DNA of 64,000 nucleotides from Felis catus (taxonomy: Eukaryota): NCBI RefSeq assembly GCF_018350175.1, contig NC_058382.1, positions 52,454,001 to 52,518,000 of the forward strand, written 5' to 3'. Position 1 is the first letter of the stretch. Every line of letters starts with the position of its first letter. Below, piece after piece: positions 37,943 through 51,694 of the stretch. The notes beneath the pieces were generated by a model. It was not told the DNA's origin, searched no databases, and saw only the letters and a list, made by a program, of their open reading frames with translations. The position numbers and the translations under genes were made by a program.

Positions 37943-39188
37943 TGTTCTCGTGGTCTTACAGACAAAGACGTGGGGATCTGGAGTGACCGGGAGGTCACGC
38001 CGTTAGTCAGGAGTTGGAAGTCAGGGCTCCTGGATCTCAAAGCCTCATCTTCCCCGCAATCCTGCCCTTTCTACCAAGCAGTCTGAGCCAGCAGCCGTGC
38101 ACTTGGTGTGCCTTTAAAAGGGACCCACGAGTTCAGGACTCTGCTCGGGTCCTTCCTCTAGAACACACGCAGGGACAGGGCCCGCAGCCTCTCCTCATGC
38201 AGGTTTCTGACGAGCGGGCAGGCAGACAGGTCCCTGGCTCCGCGGTGCCACTGCGAAGTCCCCTGCTTGCCGTCACCTGGTCGCCGTAAGGCCTTCTCAA
38301 GAAAGCCACCTCTGCTGCCTCCTGCGTGCAGGGGGACATTAGCTGGCCGGCCGCTCTTTCTTCCTTATCTCACGTGTGGTGCAGAGAGAGGACTCTGCAG
38401 GACGTGAGGTGCACCACGGCCTAGCCTGCGCTCCAGAGCACGTCATATGCGGGCAGACGCCCGTTTCACGTTCCACTCACATGTAGGTCAGCCAGGGGAG
38501 CGGATGTAGATCAGCAAGGGGAGTGGGGGGTGGGGGGATGCAGGGTTGTCTAGGTTTTTCTCTGCCCGGGACGATGCCGGCTCAGCCCTCCAAAGAGCCG
38601 TGTGTCCTTTTCGGAGCTCCCCCCTGGCGACCCACAGGTCCAAGCCCTCACTCACGGTGGCAGCTAACCACGGCGGCTACACCACGCTTTTGCCTCACCT
38701 GCCGGGGCACCGCGGAGCGGGTGCGGCTGGTGAGCTCGCCGCGGTCTCCTGCACCACACGCCTGCTTCCCCCCCGTATCTATAGATGCTCGGAAGAACGC
38801 TTCCGCCAGCAGAGTTCATTCTTCTGAGACTTTTACCTTAAAACACGAGTGCCCAGGGGAACAGGAAAACCATAAATTGTTGTCAGCTGAGAACTGGCGG
38901 CTGGTTTAGTGTCTAACAAGTATCTTGTTACAAGTGGATGTTGAAATACCCACATTTGGCAATAAGGTGCTTCTGCCTTTTGTGTATTTGACGGATGCGT
39001 AAGTCGTCCTTTTGGTATCTCGTTCACTTACTCACTCGGGCACCGGCAACGCTGTTTGGTTGGGAGAGCCAGAGGAAGCGTTACAGTTCTAGGGACGTCG
39101 GGTGGCCGGGAGGGGGCCTCCCTGCAAACACCATTCAACAGAATCAGGCTGAGAGCCAGTGGCCCGGAGGCTCCGAACTAGGTCAGGA

Positions 39189-39383
39189 TGTGCGTGCATG
39201 TGTGTGCGTGTGTTTGCATATGTGTGAGTGTGACAGAGTGTGTGTGCATGTGATTGACGATGAGTGTGCAAGTATGTGCAAATGAGTGCGAGTGAGAGTG
39301 CGTATGTAAGTGGATGAGAGTGTTTACGTGAGGGAGTGTGTATGTGAGAGAGAGAGAGCGACAGGGTGTGTGTATGTGTGTGT
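39189..39383. repeat. Degenerate (GT)n/(GA)n low-complexity tract
   Basis: Read directly. Confidence 0.85.
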
Positions 39384-39934
39384 AGGAGGTTGGGGCAAGT
39401 GCTGAACTTGTGCACAGGCCCAGGGAGGAAGAAGGCCTGTAATGGTGTGGACACGTACCGAGCTTGTACGGCACACGGAACCAGACTCAGTGCCGTGACC
39501 TCCTTTGAGGTCGACGCACAACCTTGGCTGCACCCCTGCGGCATCCGTTTCCCGGCTGTCCACTTTGCCCAGTATCATTGGATTTCACATCTAGCTGTGT
39601 CCGATGCCCGAGCCACGCCCTGGCCCCCCAGTGTCTGCGGTGGAAGGTTGCCCGATGCAGGGCCAGCCGGTGTCCAGCTCTGGGCTGGGATGAGATGTGC
39701 GAAACCCTTTCAGTCTAAGCCTCGGGTGTTTTGCCTGTTGGAAGGATGCCTGGCTGCTCCTTTAATCGGTCATCCAGGAGGCCCGAGGAAGGATGGCTGG
39801 GGGCTTAGATCTTGGCCACGCTGCCTGACTAGATCCTAGGGACCTGGGGACAACTCATCTGGGAGGAAGGGCAGGGGTTCTGAGGTGCTGTTTCCACCCA
39901 GACAGCAGGGGAGGCACAGTTGCTTGAAGTGGGT

Positions 39935-40311
39935 TGTTAGGGACTGAACGTGTCCCCTCACATTCCTATGTTGAAGCCCTAACCAACGTGATAGTATTTG
40001 GAGGTGGGCCTTTGGGGGGTGATTCGATTTAGATGAGGTCACGAGAGCGGGACCCTTGGGAGGGGATTAGCGCCCTTATCAGAAGCGGAGGGCAGAGATA
40101 CGGCCGTCTCTCTTTGCGCGCGTGCAGTGAGGAAGGGCCGTGTGAGGACGGAGCCTGAGGCACCGTGGGCAAGCCCAGCAGAGAGCTCTCAGCAGACACT
40201 GAATCTGCCGGTGCCTGGATCTTAGACTTCCCAGCCTCTAGAGCCGTGCGATATACATGTCTGTTGTTCAAGCTGGGGTGTTTTCTTACCGCACTTGAGT
40301 AGATTAAGACA
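39935..40311 (+). mobile_element. MaLR solo LTR, MLT1A-like
   Basis: TG...CA ends, with 'tatgttgaagccctaacc...gtatttggaggtgggcctttgg...gacttcccagcctctagag...taagaca'. Confidence 0.88.
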
Positions 40312-40695
40312 CCAAGGTAGTGTTAGCTAAGGCAGAACTCGACGTTGCCCACCTGCGCCCATGTTCTGGCTGGGCCATTTACTTTCTGGGCGTCTTGAGC
40401 AACTCACTTATCCTCTGTGAGCCTCGGTGTCTCCATCTACAGAATGGGGGCGGTACCGAGCTCTTCCTCAGAGCGTTGCGAGGATCAGATGCAGAGGATG
40501 CTCGTACGGCACACACTCACAGCATCGCCGTTCACCTCATCGTCATCAGTGCCATTCTCATCGTCATCACGGTCACCATTGCTGGCCTCGCCATCACCAT
40601 GAAAAGCATGAGGCATTGATTTGCCCCAAGCGTGGGTGTCCACCTTGGGAAAAATCTGTGAGTGGCAGATACTCACAGAACTCCGGAGTTGGACC

Positions 40696-41543
40696 GAAAC
40701 CTCAATGAAATATCACCGCATACCTGTCAGATCAGCTGTTAGCAAAAATGACCAAGAAATGTCAAGAAATAATAAGTTTTGGTGAGGATGTAGAGAAAAA
40801 AAGGAACCCTCACGCATTGCTGATGGGAATATAAACTGGTGTGACTACAATGGAAAACACAGTGGAGGTTCCTCAAAAAAATGAAAAATAGAACCACTTT
40901 ACGATCCAGCAGTTGCATTTCTGGGCATTTATCTGAAGAAAGAGAAGACACCAATTTAAAGAGATCTACGCACCCCTGTGTACATTGTCACATTAGTTAC
41001 AGTAGACAAGATACGGGTGCTACGTCAGTGTCCATCGATAGCTGAACAGATAAAGATGTCGTTGGTGTTCATGCACAATGGAATATTACGCAGCCATTAA
41101 AAAAGAATACAGTCTTGCTATTTGCAGCAACACGGATGGACCTCGTGGCTATGTTGCTAAGAAAAATATGTCACAGACAGAGAGAAATTCTGTGTGATTT
41201 CACTTCGATATGGAATATATAAGACAAAAAACAAATAGACAAAATAAGGGGGTCTCATAGATACATAGAACAGACCATTGGTTACCAGAAGGAAGCGGGT
41301 TTCGGGGGGTGGGTGAAATAGGGGAAGAGGATTTTCCAGTTACGAAATGAATATGTCATGGGGATGTAATGTACAACCCAGAGAATATAGTCAACAATGT
41401 CGTAATAACTTTGGTGACAGATAACTAGGCTTATCGTGGGGATCGCTTAGTAATGTATAAAAATACCAAATCACTGTGATGTACACTTGAAACTAAAAGG
41501 CTATTGTGTGTCAGTTACACTTCAATTACAAAAAAAAAAAAAA
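40696..41543 (+). mobile_element. 5'-truncated L1 (end of decayed ORF2, 3' UTR and poly(A)); L1MA/L1_Carn-like
   Basis: 'ggtgaggatgtagagaaaa...ggaaccctc...tggaggttcctcaaaaaa...caatggaatatta', with a poly(A) tail at 41530-41543. Confidence 0.93.
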
Positions 41544-44500
41544 GTCTCAGAAGTAGGCCTTCCTGTGCTGACATGAGTGGTGGCCACTTTCTGGGGGTGG
41601 GGGGGTGGAACGCCTTGGAAACCAGGTCACAGAGGAAAGTGCCTCTTGCTGTTCTGGGCTCAGAGGTCTGCTGTGGAAGTGAAGTGCAGAGGGAGCCTGG
41701 CCTCATTGCATCGATAATACGATCCCATAACTCATTCTGCCGCCATGAAGGTGGACGGACGGTCCCCATCCCTGCCGTTGAACACTGCCCGTGTTTTCCT
41801 CAGAGGGGTATCTGCTCGCCAGTGGTGATTAGAGTGCCCTGAACAGGCCCTTGCTATTAAGAGTTTGTGGCTCCAGTTTAATAAAAGGTAGTATATTAAA
41901 ATGGAAACATGTTATTCTTGATAAGGACTAGACATGTTATAGGCCAGATGAAAGCTTTGATAATGCAAAATGCAGGGAAAGGAAGTGAAGGGGTATGGAA
42001 TACCTACTACGCACGGAGTGCTTTGCTGGATGCTTCGGAGGGGCATCACCGCAAAATGCCCGTGCCACCCAATGAACCAAGCCCAGCCTCTCTGATATAT
42101 TAATATATTTAATTATCAGGCTTTCAGCATTAAAGGAGATTACAATAGAGGCATCCAGTTGATTGGGGAATAGTTGCTGCAAATGATAAGCTCTTTTGAA
42201 TAAGCCGATACCGGCTTAATGAGGTTTTGCAGTGTGTTATTTTTTTCCTGATAGAAAATCGAGTGACTGCTCTCCTCCCCCACCACGCTCAGTCCTTTCG
42301 CTTCCTAGTAATGACCCCCTTTTCTCTTGCTCCATGGGAACTTTTAAAAATTTAAATTAATGGATTTTTTAGCCTCCAGTTTCTGGAATTCTAAGAGGGT
42401 CTGAAAGGTAAGTGCTCAATTACCGAGGCATGCGAACAAAAATAGTCAGCTTAGCTAGGGAAGTGAAAATAGAGAGGAGTCCCCCCACCTTCCCTGGAGT
42501 TGTGTGTTTTGTTTCTGGAAGAGGTTCAAGAAGTATTCAACCTCCAGTTAATTTGGCTGGCCCTTTCGGATAACTTCTTCCTGGGGCGGCATGAGCTTCA
42601 TCGCTTAAAGAATTCATAAGACCAGTCTGAGGGCCTCTGTACTGGGGAGAATTCCTTATGTTAGCGAAGAGGCTGGTGTGGTTTGAACTTGCCTGCCCAA
42701 TTCCTGACAGGCGCCTGTGCCCGCTTGAGGCAAACCGATGGTCCAGCCTCCCCGGTGCCTGTCCATCTAGAGCACATCGAGGAACCTGCAAAAATAAAAC
42801 ATAAATAGCATGCCTCAAACACCCAGCACACCTCTTCCATTTTCTACATGTGTTCTGTAATCCTGTGATAAGTATTCCTGCCCCCGTGTTACCGATGAGG
42901 CTTGTAACAGTTCAAGCAGATGGGCCATAGTCACGTCACTCCTGAGTCGCCCACTTGGCATTTGAAATCAGATTTTTCTGGAACTTTCTACCATGTTGCA
43001 CTCCCTTAGTCCCTGAGGCCATCCTCAGAACAAAGAAATGAGGAAAGGAGGCTACAGACGCTGTTCTTCTGGGGGTCCATTGGTAAATGGCACAGAACTA
43101 AATACATAGTGGGTGCCCTGTCTCTTCTGTCTGAAAGAAACGTAAGCACCTTAGAAGTGAGCGGGGGGGAGATGTTACATGGAGCTGTTGGTAGTGGTGG
43201 GGCATATGTGGCCTGGGTAATGTTCTCCTGGCCCAGGGCCTGCTGCAGTGTTCACCCCCATCTCCCATCCTGCGGGAGCTCATCGGGGACCTCTGTAGGC
43301 GGTATCAGCACCCGTGAAGTGCAGGGTACGTGGAAGACTACTTCCTTGCAGGCCCTTTCCTTTCTCCAAGAGGAGGAAAGGTCTCCATGCCTGGTTCCAC
43401 CAGTGGACAGGGAGTCACTTTCAACCCACTCGCCTGTCTCTCTGCAGTGTTCGATTTCCCCCCCTGGGATGTGTGCATGCTTCACGAAGCTGCCTCTCTC
43501 CCGGATCTCCATACCTCCTGGTCCACTCCAGTCCAGCTGCTGGACTAGCTGTGTCACACCAGGCACTACCCACAGCGTTTTACATAAGACAATTAAAAAA
43601 AAAAAGCGCGAAGGTACTATGACCCTCCCATTTTACAGATAACCCGGCCAAGGCTTGGAGGGGTGAGTGATTTGTCTAAGTGTCCTAAGTAGCCCCGGGC
43701 AAGAGTCAGGATCTGAACCCAGGGGCAGGCACAGGGGTCTGCCATTCCATTTTTAACCCTCTCTCCTAGTTGGTTGTCCCTTCTTACTCCCTGTCCCTCC
43801 CCCTCCTCCTTGGCTCTGCTTTCCTTCCCCTGCCCAGCAAGCCCTCCACCACCATTTTTTTTTCTTTTTTTCTTTTTTTTTTTTTTTTTGCCTCTGTGCA
43901 AACAGCACTGGAAAGGCTTGGCCTGCCAGCCTTGGGTTCTGATAAGATCTGGCCGTGCTCCCTTTGTCTGGCCTGTACCTGACTTTTCTGAATGGCCCTG
44001 TTAATTGCAATTGACTCTCATAGAATGTGGATGGCAGTGCTGCTTGACACGAGACTAATGCTTCTGACTTTTCCTCGGTGCCCCCTCCCCCCCCCCCCCC
44101 CCCCCCCCACCCAGCAGCAGGCCGGAAGGGACAGAAGGGGGTCAGAGGCAGGATGGAACACTTCTGGTTCCAATGAGATGCATTAGAACATTAGAGCTTT
44201 TCTGTTACTAAGTCACTCTCCCTCTCTCCCTCTCTGTCTTTCTCTTCCCTTTGGGAGGGAATGTTGTCATGCCTAGGAATTCATCCTAAAATGAGAAATG
44301 ATTAGATTTCACAGTTGTAGCTCCTATGAAGATTCAGGGTTTGTTTTGTTTCGTTTTTTCCCATTCCCAGTCTTCAGTCCTAAGCATGTAAAAAACAAAG
44401 AAAAGGAAAGAAAAAAACTGGGAGGAATAAAACCTGAACAATATGAGTCTGAAGCAAGAGGATTAAGATGTCTGGGAGCTGGCGGTGGGAGCCTGATGTC

Positions 44501-45000
44501 CTGCAGGCCTACTGAGTGTCAGCTCTGCTTTCCTTTTAAAATTTCCCGACAGGCAATGAGGGAGGCATATGGAGGCCACTTTCGAGGTAGGAAGACTGAG
44601 GCTGAAAGACTGGCTTGCTGTCCAGTGCTCGGTCGCCATTGTTCTGTTTGGGGCAATAAAATAAAAAGGGGAAAAAAACTCAGAACCGTAAGCCTGTGTA
44701 GTCTGGCTGCATTGGGTGTCAAGGCACACAGGATGCTTCTGCAGGTGATCAGGTGCCCGAGGTCACACAGCAGGGTTCCTTACTGACTTGGGAGTGAACC
44801 CCAGGGTGGGTTCACAAGGACTCTGCAGGAGAGGTGGGACTGGGGAGTGCCCCCCCGCCCCGGACTCTGGATGCACCTGCTTGATGTCTCTGCAACTGGC
44901 CCGTGCAAGGCACAAGACCCAGTAAAAAGGGAGAGCGAGGGTCTGAGGTTAACCCTGGAAGGACTAGGAGGAAGTCATTTGGGGGCCACTGTTTGTTTCA

Positions 45001-45181
45001 TTTTTAAAATGTTTATTTATTTTTGAGAGAGAGACAGACAGACAGACAGACAGAATCTGAAGCAGGCTCCAGGCTCTGAGCCCTCAGCACAGAGCCTGAC
45101 GCAGGGTTCAAACCCATGAACCGTGAGATCATGACCCGAGCCAAAGTCAGATGCTTACCAGACTGAGCCACCCAGGTGCCC
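45001..45181 (-). mobile_element. Feline-type SINE (SINEC)
   Basis: 'gaatctgaagcaggctccaggctctgagc...ctgagccacccaggtgccc'. Confidence 0.95.
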
Positions 45182-45309
45182 GATGTTACCATTTTAAATT
45201 TGGCATTGTGCTGGGGCAGTTCCGGAGCCTGGGACCATCCAGACCTGAGAGTGACAAAGGCAAAGCCAACAAACAAAGCTGGGTCTTTTTCTTATGGATG
45301 AGGTGCTCA

Positions 45310-45310
<1 letters not shown>

Positions 45311-45352
<42 letters not shown>
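45311..45352. repeat. (AAT)14 microsatellite
   Basis: Read directly. Confidence 0.97.
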
Positions 45353-45359
<7 letters not shown>

Positions 45360-47177
45360 GACAGGGTTAAACATCTATCTTGATTCTAAGGCACATAGAG
45401 GGTCTCTGAATCTGCACACAAATGCAGGCTTCATTAACAAATGAATTACCAATATTTAAGGAGGAATTCACGTAAAAATCCAGATTTCCCAGTTCTCTTG
45501 AAATATCCTCGTGCCACCGCAGGCCAGCTGCTCTGGGCCGGAATTCTGGCCTGCAGGCTGGCCCTGTGGGCTTTTGACTGTTCCATGCATGGAGTGGAAG
45601 GAAAGAGGGACTTTGGGTCAGAAAGAGCCACGAGCTGCACACCTTCCCTTGGCTGAACATTAGTTTTCTCATCTGTGAAATGGGACCGCTGAAACCTACC
45701 CACACAGTTGCTCTAAGGGTGAACTTCGCTAGCAGATGTAAAGTCCTCTCCAAGTGCTCAAAAAAATGATCATAACTATTTGATTTTTTAAACCACCCGA
45801 CCCAATTCCTTCAGGGTTTAAAACATGAAAAACACAAAGCCCAGAAAAGTTTGGGAGAGGGATGGAAGGAAAGTAGGCTGTATTTTGTGAACAGGTACCT
45901 TCTCCAGAAATCATTCTTTTCCTTGGATTTCGAAATGGCCCCCACAGAGAACAAAGCTTTCCATACCTGTGTTGATTTTTCTCAGGTCTAGGGTTCCCCT
46001 AGGAGATTTTCCTAAAAGAAAAGGCAGGGGAGCCCCCCACCCAAGCCAGAATCCAATGCAAATGTGACAATACAGCCCCTCCAGGGTAGAAGAGGCTCCT
46101 TCTTAATTAGAAGCCTGGAAGGACATACCCCATAATTGTGGCACTCGAAGCGTCAGGGCTATCAATATTGGTGCCTCTTTCATTAATAAACCGGCAAGTC
46201 AGAACGCTGCCGGAGTGGGAAACCTTCCCCCCCCTCCCCTCTCCCGCCCCAAGTTCCACTTAATCAACGGCAGACTCGATCAAACAGGAAAAGAACATGT
46301 AGATCAGCTGCATGAATTCTGCGGGGCCCTAAATAGGTGGAAGGAAGAAGGGAAAACATGAAAGGGAGCCTTCATCCGCTTCGCCGCAGATGCCCGGGCT
46401 CTCTCGGTGAACCTAAGCAAGAGGTAGTCAAACGGCCCCGCAGATTGCCAGCGACTCGGGGAAAGCCTGGGTTTATGTACGGATTAGCACAGCGATAGAC
46501 CCTGAGTAGCAAAAGACAAAGACTAATTACCTGACAGAGCTCCCCTCCACTCGCCTGGGTCATTGAAATTAATTTCTGCTTTCAGGCTTGGCAGCAAGCA
46601 GCTGCAGAATTTCAGTTCAATACTCAAATTAACGGGGAGCTGAAATTATTTCTCTGCGCAGGCGGCATTAGAGGAGTGGGTTACCAAATAGATCTTGATA
46701 GCAGACACCAAAGAAAGGATTATTCCTCCCTTTTCATCAAGAGCCTCGGGTCCTTGGAAAGTGCAGGGCTGGGGCGGGGGGGGGGGGGGGAGGGGGGTGG
46801 CAAGGAGGAAAAACAACAACCAATTTACTGGAGAGTTAACACTTAAGTACTGTGTTGGATTAGGTGGGACATACCTGCATGGCAGACCCCCTGCCCCCCA
46901 GATAATGCAGTTTCTCTCCATTTAACAAGAAACTTAAACACACAGCACTTTTGCATATACCCAAATTGGAATTCCTAATCCAGGGATGTTACCAAATACC
47001 TCTTCTCCTATGTTGTCGGAAAGCATTTGCCCTTATCTCCAGGACCAGGAGGCAGGTTGGAAGGGGGCGGTGGGGAGGAGGTATGGGGAAAGAGAAAAGG
47101 AGGAAGACGTCACAGGTGGGATTTGAACCCAGGGATAGGGTTTCCAACCTCCTCTTTCTGCCACTTCCCATTGCCTT

Positions 47178-47211
<34 letters not shown>

Positions 47212-49448
47212 TAAAGTCCCTCTCATTGCTCCTCCCTCACTCTCTGGGCTCCCCACTTGTGTTTCAGTCTTGGTGACATCTGTCACCTTTGTGGAGCACC
47301 TCTTGGGTGCACCAGGTCAAATTCAGTGCTGCCTGGGCCAGCAGTGCCCAACTCATTTGTTTCTGTGATGCTCCTGCCACCACGACCCATCTGATGGATA
47401 AGATGCTTGGGCATACTAAGCCCCCGCGTTGTCACCATGGGCTTCTGCCAGCAAAGACACCTGCTCGTGGGTCCACGGAGAGCTCCCACATTGACCACCG
47501 TTTCTTTTGCTGCTGGTGATCCTGGCTCCCTGTCAGGATGCATCATTGGGGAACCCTGGGCGTGAGGCACATTCATCACAGATACTCAGGCAAAGCATCT
47601 TTCCTGATTGTTCCCAGCCCTTGTTCGGGACCCAGTCCAGTAGTTAAACAAATTCTGGAATCCTACCGCCTGAGTACACATAATGCCTTTCATCCTACTA
47701 GGCATAAACCCGTGGGATTACTGCTTGTAACAGTAATATTATGGTACCTACCGCGTGGGGATTCTGCAAGGATTAAATTAGTGAATGGAGACAAAATGTA
47801 TAATACATTTGCCTGATACATAGTAGGCTCTTGGTGACTATTAACGCTGGTATTATCCCTGCCCCTGGTAACCCAAAGCAGATAACCGAAGGTAAGGGCC
47901 TCCTCTTTGTTCCCTGGAAATGGCAGACGAGCTCTGTGAAGCTATCCAGACCCGAGAAGATTCGGTGGTGCTTGAACTTGTAATGTTCATGGCTACTCTA
48001 GCCCTTGCAATGGCTAAGGATGCAAAAGGAAATGTATTCTTTAGAGAACAGCAGTAGTCCCCCTCTGTCAAATACTTACCACGTGCCAAGCCTGTTCGCA
48101 TTTACCTTGCAACAAAAAAAGAAAGGAATCAACCTTAACAAAATCGTATACGCTGCGGGACCTAGGCCGCCGGAGCATCTGTGACCCCACAGCCAATTCA
48201 GGGACAGCACAGGGACTCGAACCCTGGTCTCTGCGTCTCCAAGCCCACAAGGCAGCACACGCCCCTCTGTTCTGTGCCGAGTCACCCAGGAGTAGCAATT
48301 AGGCCCGTCTCACATGTCCAGCTTTAAACCTGTGACCTCGAGGCGAATGACTTCCACATCTCATTACCACTCCCCTGAGCCACCCAGGCCCCCGGTGGGA
48401 CAGGGAGGTTAATCAGCCACGCACTGAATCTGCTTATAAGGCTGTTTCATGTACAATTTTTATATCTTGGCTCCTAATAATGGTCCCATTATAAATGATT
48501 GTCTCACTATGATATACTGGTTTCTCGCCTTCTAGGAACTGATTTAAAAGGGAGCCCCAGACTTCTCGTGCCCGCAGAGTTTATTCATATTGCGATTTTT
48601 TGCTTGCTCAGCAGCTTGAGTGGTGTGGGGGACAGCCCCCCTCCAAAAAAAAAATATTTTCTTCCCAGCATGAGGCAGTTGCCATTATTAGTGACCTCTA
48701 GCTCGCTTGATATCTTGATAATACTTTATGAACAAATCACTAGTCCTTCCTCTTCCATTGCACCCCCCGCCCTGAGCTTCCTTTCAGACAGGTAGTGCCA
48801 GTGGCCTTTGGGTCCGTCGCCTTCCTCTTCCAACCAAAGCAAAACATTCAAATTATTTCTAGGGTGACTTGGGAGAACAGGTCATAGGGGGATATATAGC
48901 ATCAGGGGGTATATTTTCAAACCAAAAACCCGGGCATATTTACCCCACAAATATTTATTTAGTGCCTATTACGGGTCAGGCACATGAATATACTGCTGGG
49001 TGCCACAGGACAGAATATAGGAGAATAAGACACATTCTGAAGATCTGGAATGCATGTTAGGAATCTAAATAGGCATATAAATTGGAATTACGAAGGAAAA
49101 TTGCACTTTGTGGAATTCTTTGTGCTAGTTATTATTAATATATGGATGATCTCCGGTCCTAGCCCTCAACAAGTTTAAAATCAAGGAAATCATTAAAGAC
49201 TGCTTTGTTTCCCCCCAAAGTTGGGTCGCGTTGAATATTTAAAGGGCTTTAAATTCTTCTCTGAACCTCAAGGCTAAGCAGTATACACTCCAGCCTCCAC
49301 GGTCTTCGTGCTGTTCTCAAAACGTGTCGGCCCCTTTCCGATCCCAGGGTTTTCCGCGTGGTCGTCTTGCCACCTTGGTGTGGCCCTCTTCTCGTCATGC
49401 TTCCGCCCTTGGTATGAATGCCCGTCAGAGAGGCCAGTGCTGACCATC

Positions 49449-49899
49449 TGTCTGAGTTTCCTGTTGCCGCTGTAACAAAGCGTCACAGACTCGGTGGCGT
49501 AAACAATGTGGTGCGTTCCCCTACTGTTCTGGGTGTTACAAGTCAGAGACGGGTCTCACCGGGTTGACATCAAGGTGTCGGCAGGGGGCGGTCCCTTCTG
49601 GAGGCTCCAGGGTAGAATCTGTGAACATTTTCTAGTGGCTGCTTACGTTCCATCTTCAGATCTGGCCTTGTAGCATCCTTAAATCCCACTGAGTCTGCGG
49701 CAACTCTGGCTTTTCCATCTTTTGAGGCCCTTTCTGATGCCCCTGGGCCCACTTGGCTACCTCAGCATGCTCCACACGTCTTGAAAAGCTGAACTGATTT
49801 ATGTCTGCAGAGCTCCCTTTCTTGCCACGTCACGTAACATAGTCCTAGGTTTTGGGGATCAGAAGGTGGTCACCTTAGGCACCCGCGTTCTGTCTACCA
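49449..49899 (-). mobile_element. MaLR solo LTR, MLT1D-like
   Basis: 'gtttcctgttgccgctgtaacaaa...atcaaggtgtcggcaggg...ccttctggaggctccagggtagaatc...ttctgtctacca'. Confidence 0.85.
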
Positions 49900-50119
49900 T
49901 GCTGTCCCGAGTAAATACAGCAGTGCTCCAGGATTCTTTATCTCAGCTCTAACTTCCTTCACCTCGTGGTACTCCCCGCAACCTTCCATAGTTTCCATTT
50001 TATTTTTTGGTTCGCTTGGTTTTGGTATGCTGCTCCAACTAGAACGTAAGCTCCCCGAAGGCAGGCCATGCTCAGAATTTCCTTCCATCTCTGTCCCCTC
50101 AGCCAAAACTTTCTCAGCT

Positions 50120-50560
50120 GTGTCAGTCAGACCGTCTTGGTTGTGAGAGAAACTTCATCATTCAATTGGTTGAAGCAAAACAAAGGGTGTTTATTGCTTC
50201 ACAGAAGCAAAATTCTATCCAGGGATAGAATTGGCTCAGGTTCTACTGGACCTGGCTGTTCAGATGATATCAAGAATCTGTCTCTTCCCCTTCGTAGCTT
50301 AGCTTTTCTAAACTATGTCAACTCAGGAACTCTCTCCTTTGCCAGTGGCAAAGCCAGCTGCTCCTGTAGGATATGAAATCCCAGTTGTCAAAACCTAGGG
50401 GTGACCAGTTGACCGTCTTTGGTCTAGTTGGGGGCCATCCTTCAATTGGCGTGTGGGAGCGATTGGACAAGTGTAGGTCATCTGCCACCACAAGCTTCCC
50501 AAACACACAGATGGAGCCCGGGGCAAGGGCTGTTTCCCAAAGGAATCGGGTTGCTGGGGA
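50120..50560 (-). mobile_element. Old MaLR LTR (MLT1J/K-like)
   Basis: 'tgtcagtcagac...ttggttg...aagcaaaacaaaggg...tttattgcttca'. Confidence 0.6.
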
Positions 50561-51694
50561 GGGGGAGGAGTCAGTGACTGCTGGTCAGGCACATGTGGAG
50601 GACATGGAATGACTGCCCTTCCAAGTCTTGCTTTCCCGTCCTCCCCCCTTGGAGACTATCTGGTTACTCTGATTTCTTGTACCTTTCTACACATTTATAT
50701 CATTATACAAACTAGCACATGATTCTATGACAGTGGTCCCTTTTCAATATGCAATTAAGCCCTTTACAAAGCACCTTTGTGTCTCACAGGGAAGAGATTG
50801 GAGGCCAGCCCGCTTTGGGCCAAGTCTCCATGTTATCAAACCTTCACCACCACCATCCTAGGAGGGGTCGACATATTCCTCCCCATTTCATTTCCTAAGT
50901 GCTTACTGAGGACTGGGCATCACACTGGCCCTTAGAACATCACCTCTCTCCTGCTCAAAACAACCCTAAAGGTGACTCAGGGTCTCCCACTGGTAAGTGG
51001 CAGACTGGGGGTCAAACCATAAACCCAAAGCAGAAGCTTCTAAAAAAGAAGCCAAAAATGTGTTGGCTAAGGCTGGGGACATCGAACCAAGTATTACTGC
51101 CCTCGGGGGATCCCAGTCCTTTTTTCTCTCTAATTCTCAGGAGCTAGAGGTTTTTATTGCTATTTTTGTAAAAAGCACCCTTAGTAATCATTTTAGCAGA
51201 TTTTTTTTTAAATACAAACAGTGAGCTTTTCTTTTTCATTTGCTTTAGCTTAGTCCTTTCCATTATTCATTGGGCTTCTTGAACCATCCTATGTGTACCC
51301 ATACTTATTCTTATTCACCCTGAACAGGTGTGTGACACCTTGGAGAAGATGAAGCCAGGGAGAAAATCAATCAGACAGGAATTATGTTGAAAGATGACTG
51401 AATAAATTACCACCTCCCAGGAGTTGTGTGAAAAACAGCTATTTCTTTTGGACGTCAAACTACCTTTTTCCTCTCTAATTCACGTGTATCCCTTACACAA
51501 AAGCCCACAGTGACAGGGCATCAGTTTCTGGACTGTGTGGGGCCTTCTGAGAATGTGGTGTCCTTGTCATCAGGAAGCACTGACGGGTGGCTGTCCCCCT
51601 TCATCTACAGCCAGCCAGTCCCCTGCACTCGCTGCTTTGGAGAAGGGTTCTTATCACATTCCTTCTTGTGGACAGCCCTGGGGTAAACAGTCAT

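Noticed and set aside
40320..40619. Hydrophobic, transmembrane-like ORF
   Set aside because: It derives from a MIR plus a degenerate (CAT)n tract.
29340..46641. Exact 13-mer ttaacggggagct at 29340 and 46629
   Set aside because: Several 13-mer matches are expected by chance in 64 kb, and the flanks do not align.
48375..48392. 'ctgagccacccaggcccc' SINE-head-like word
   Set aside because: Too short, with no body or tail.
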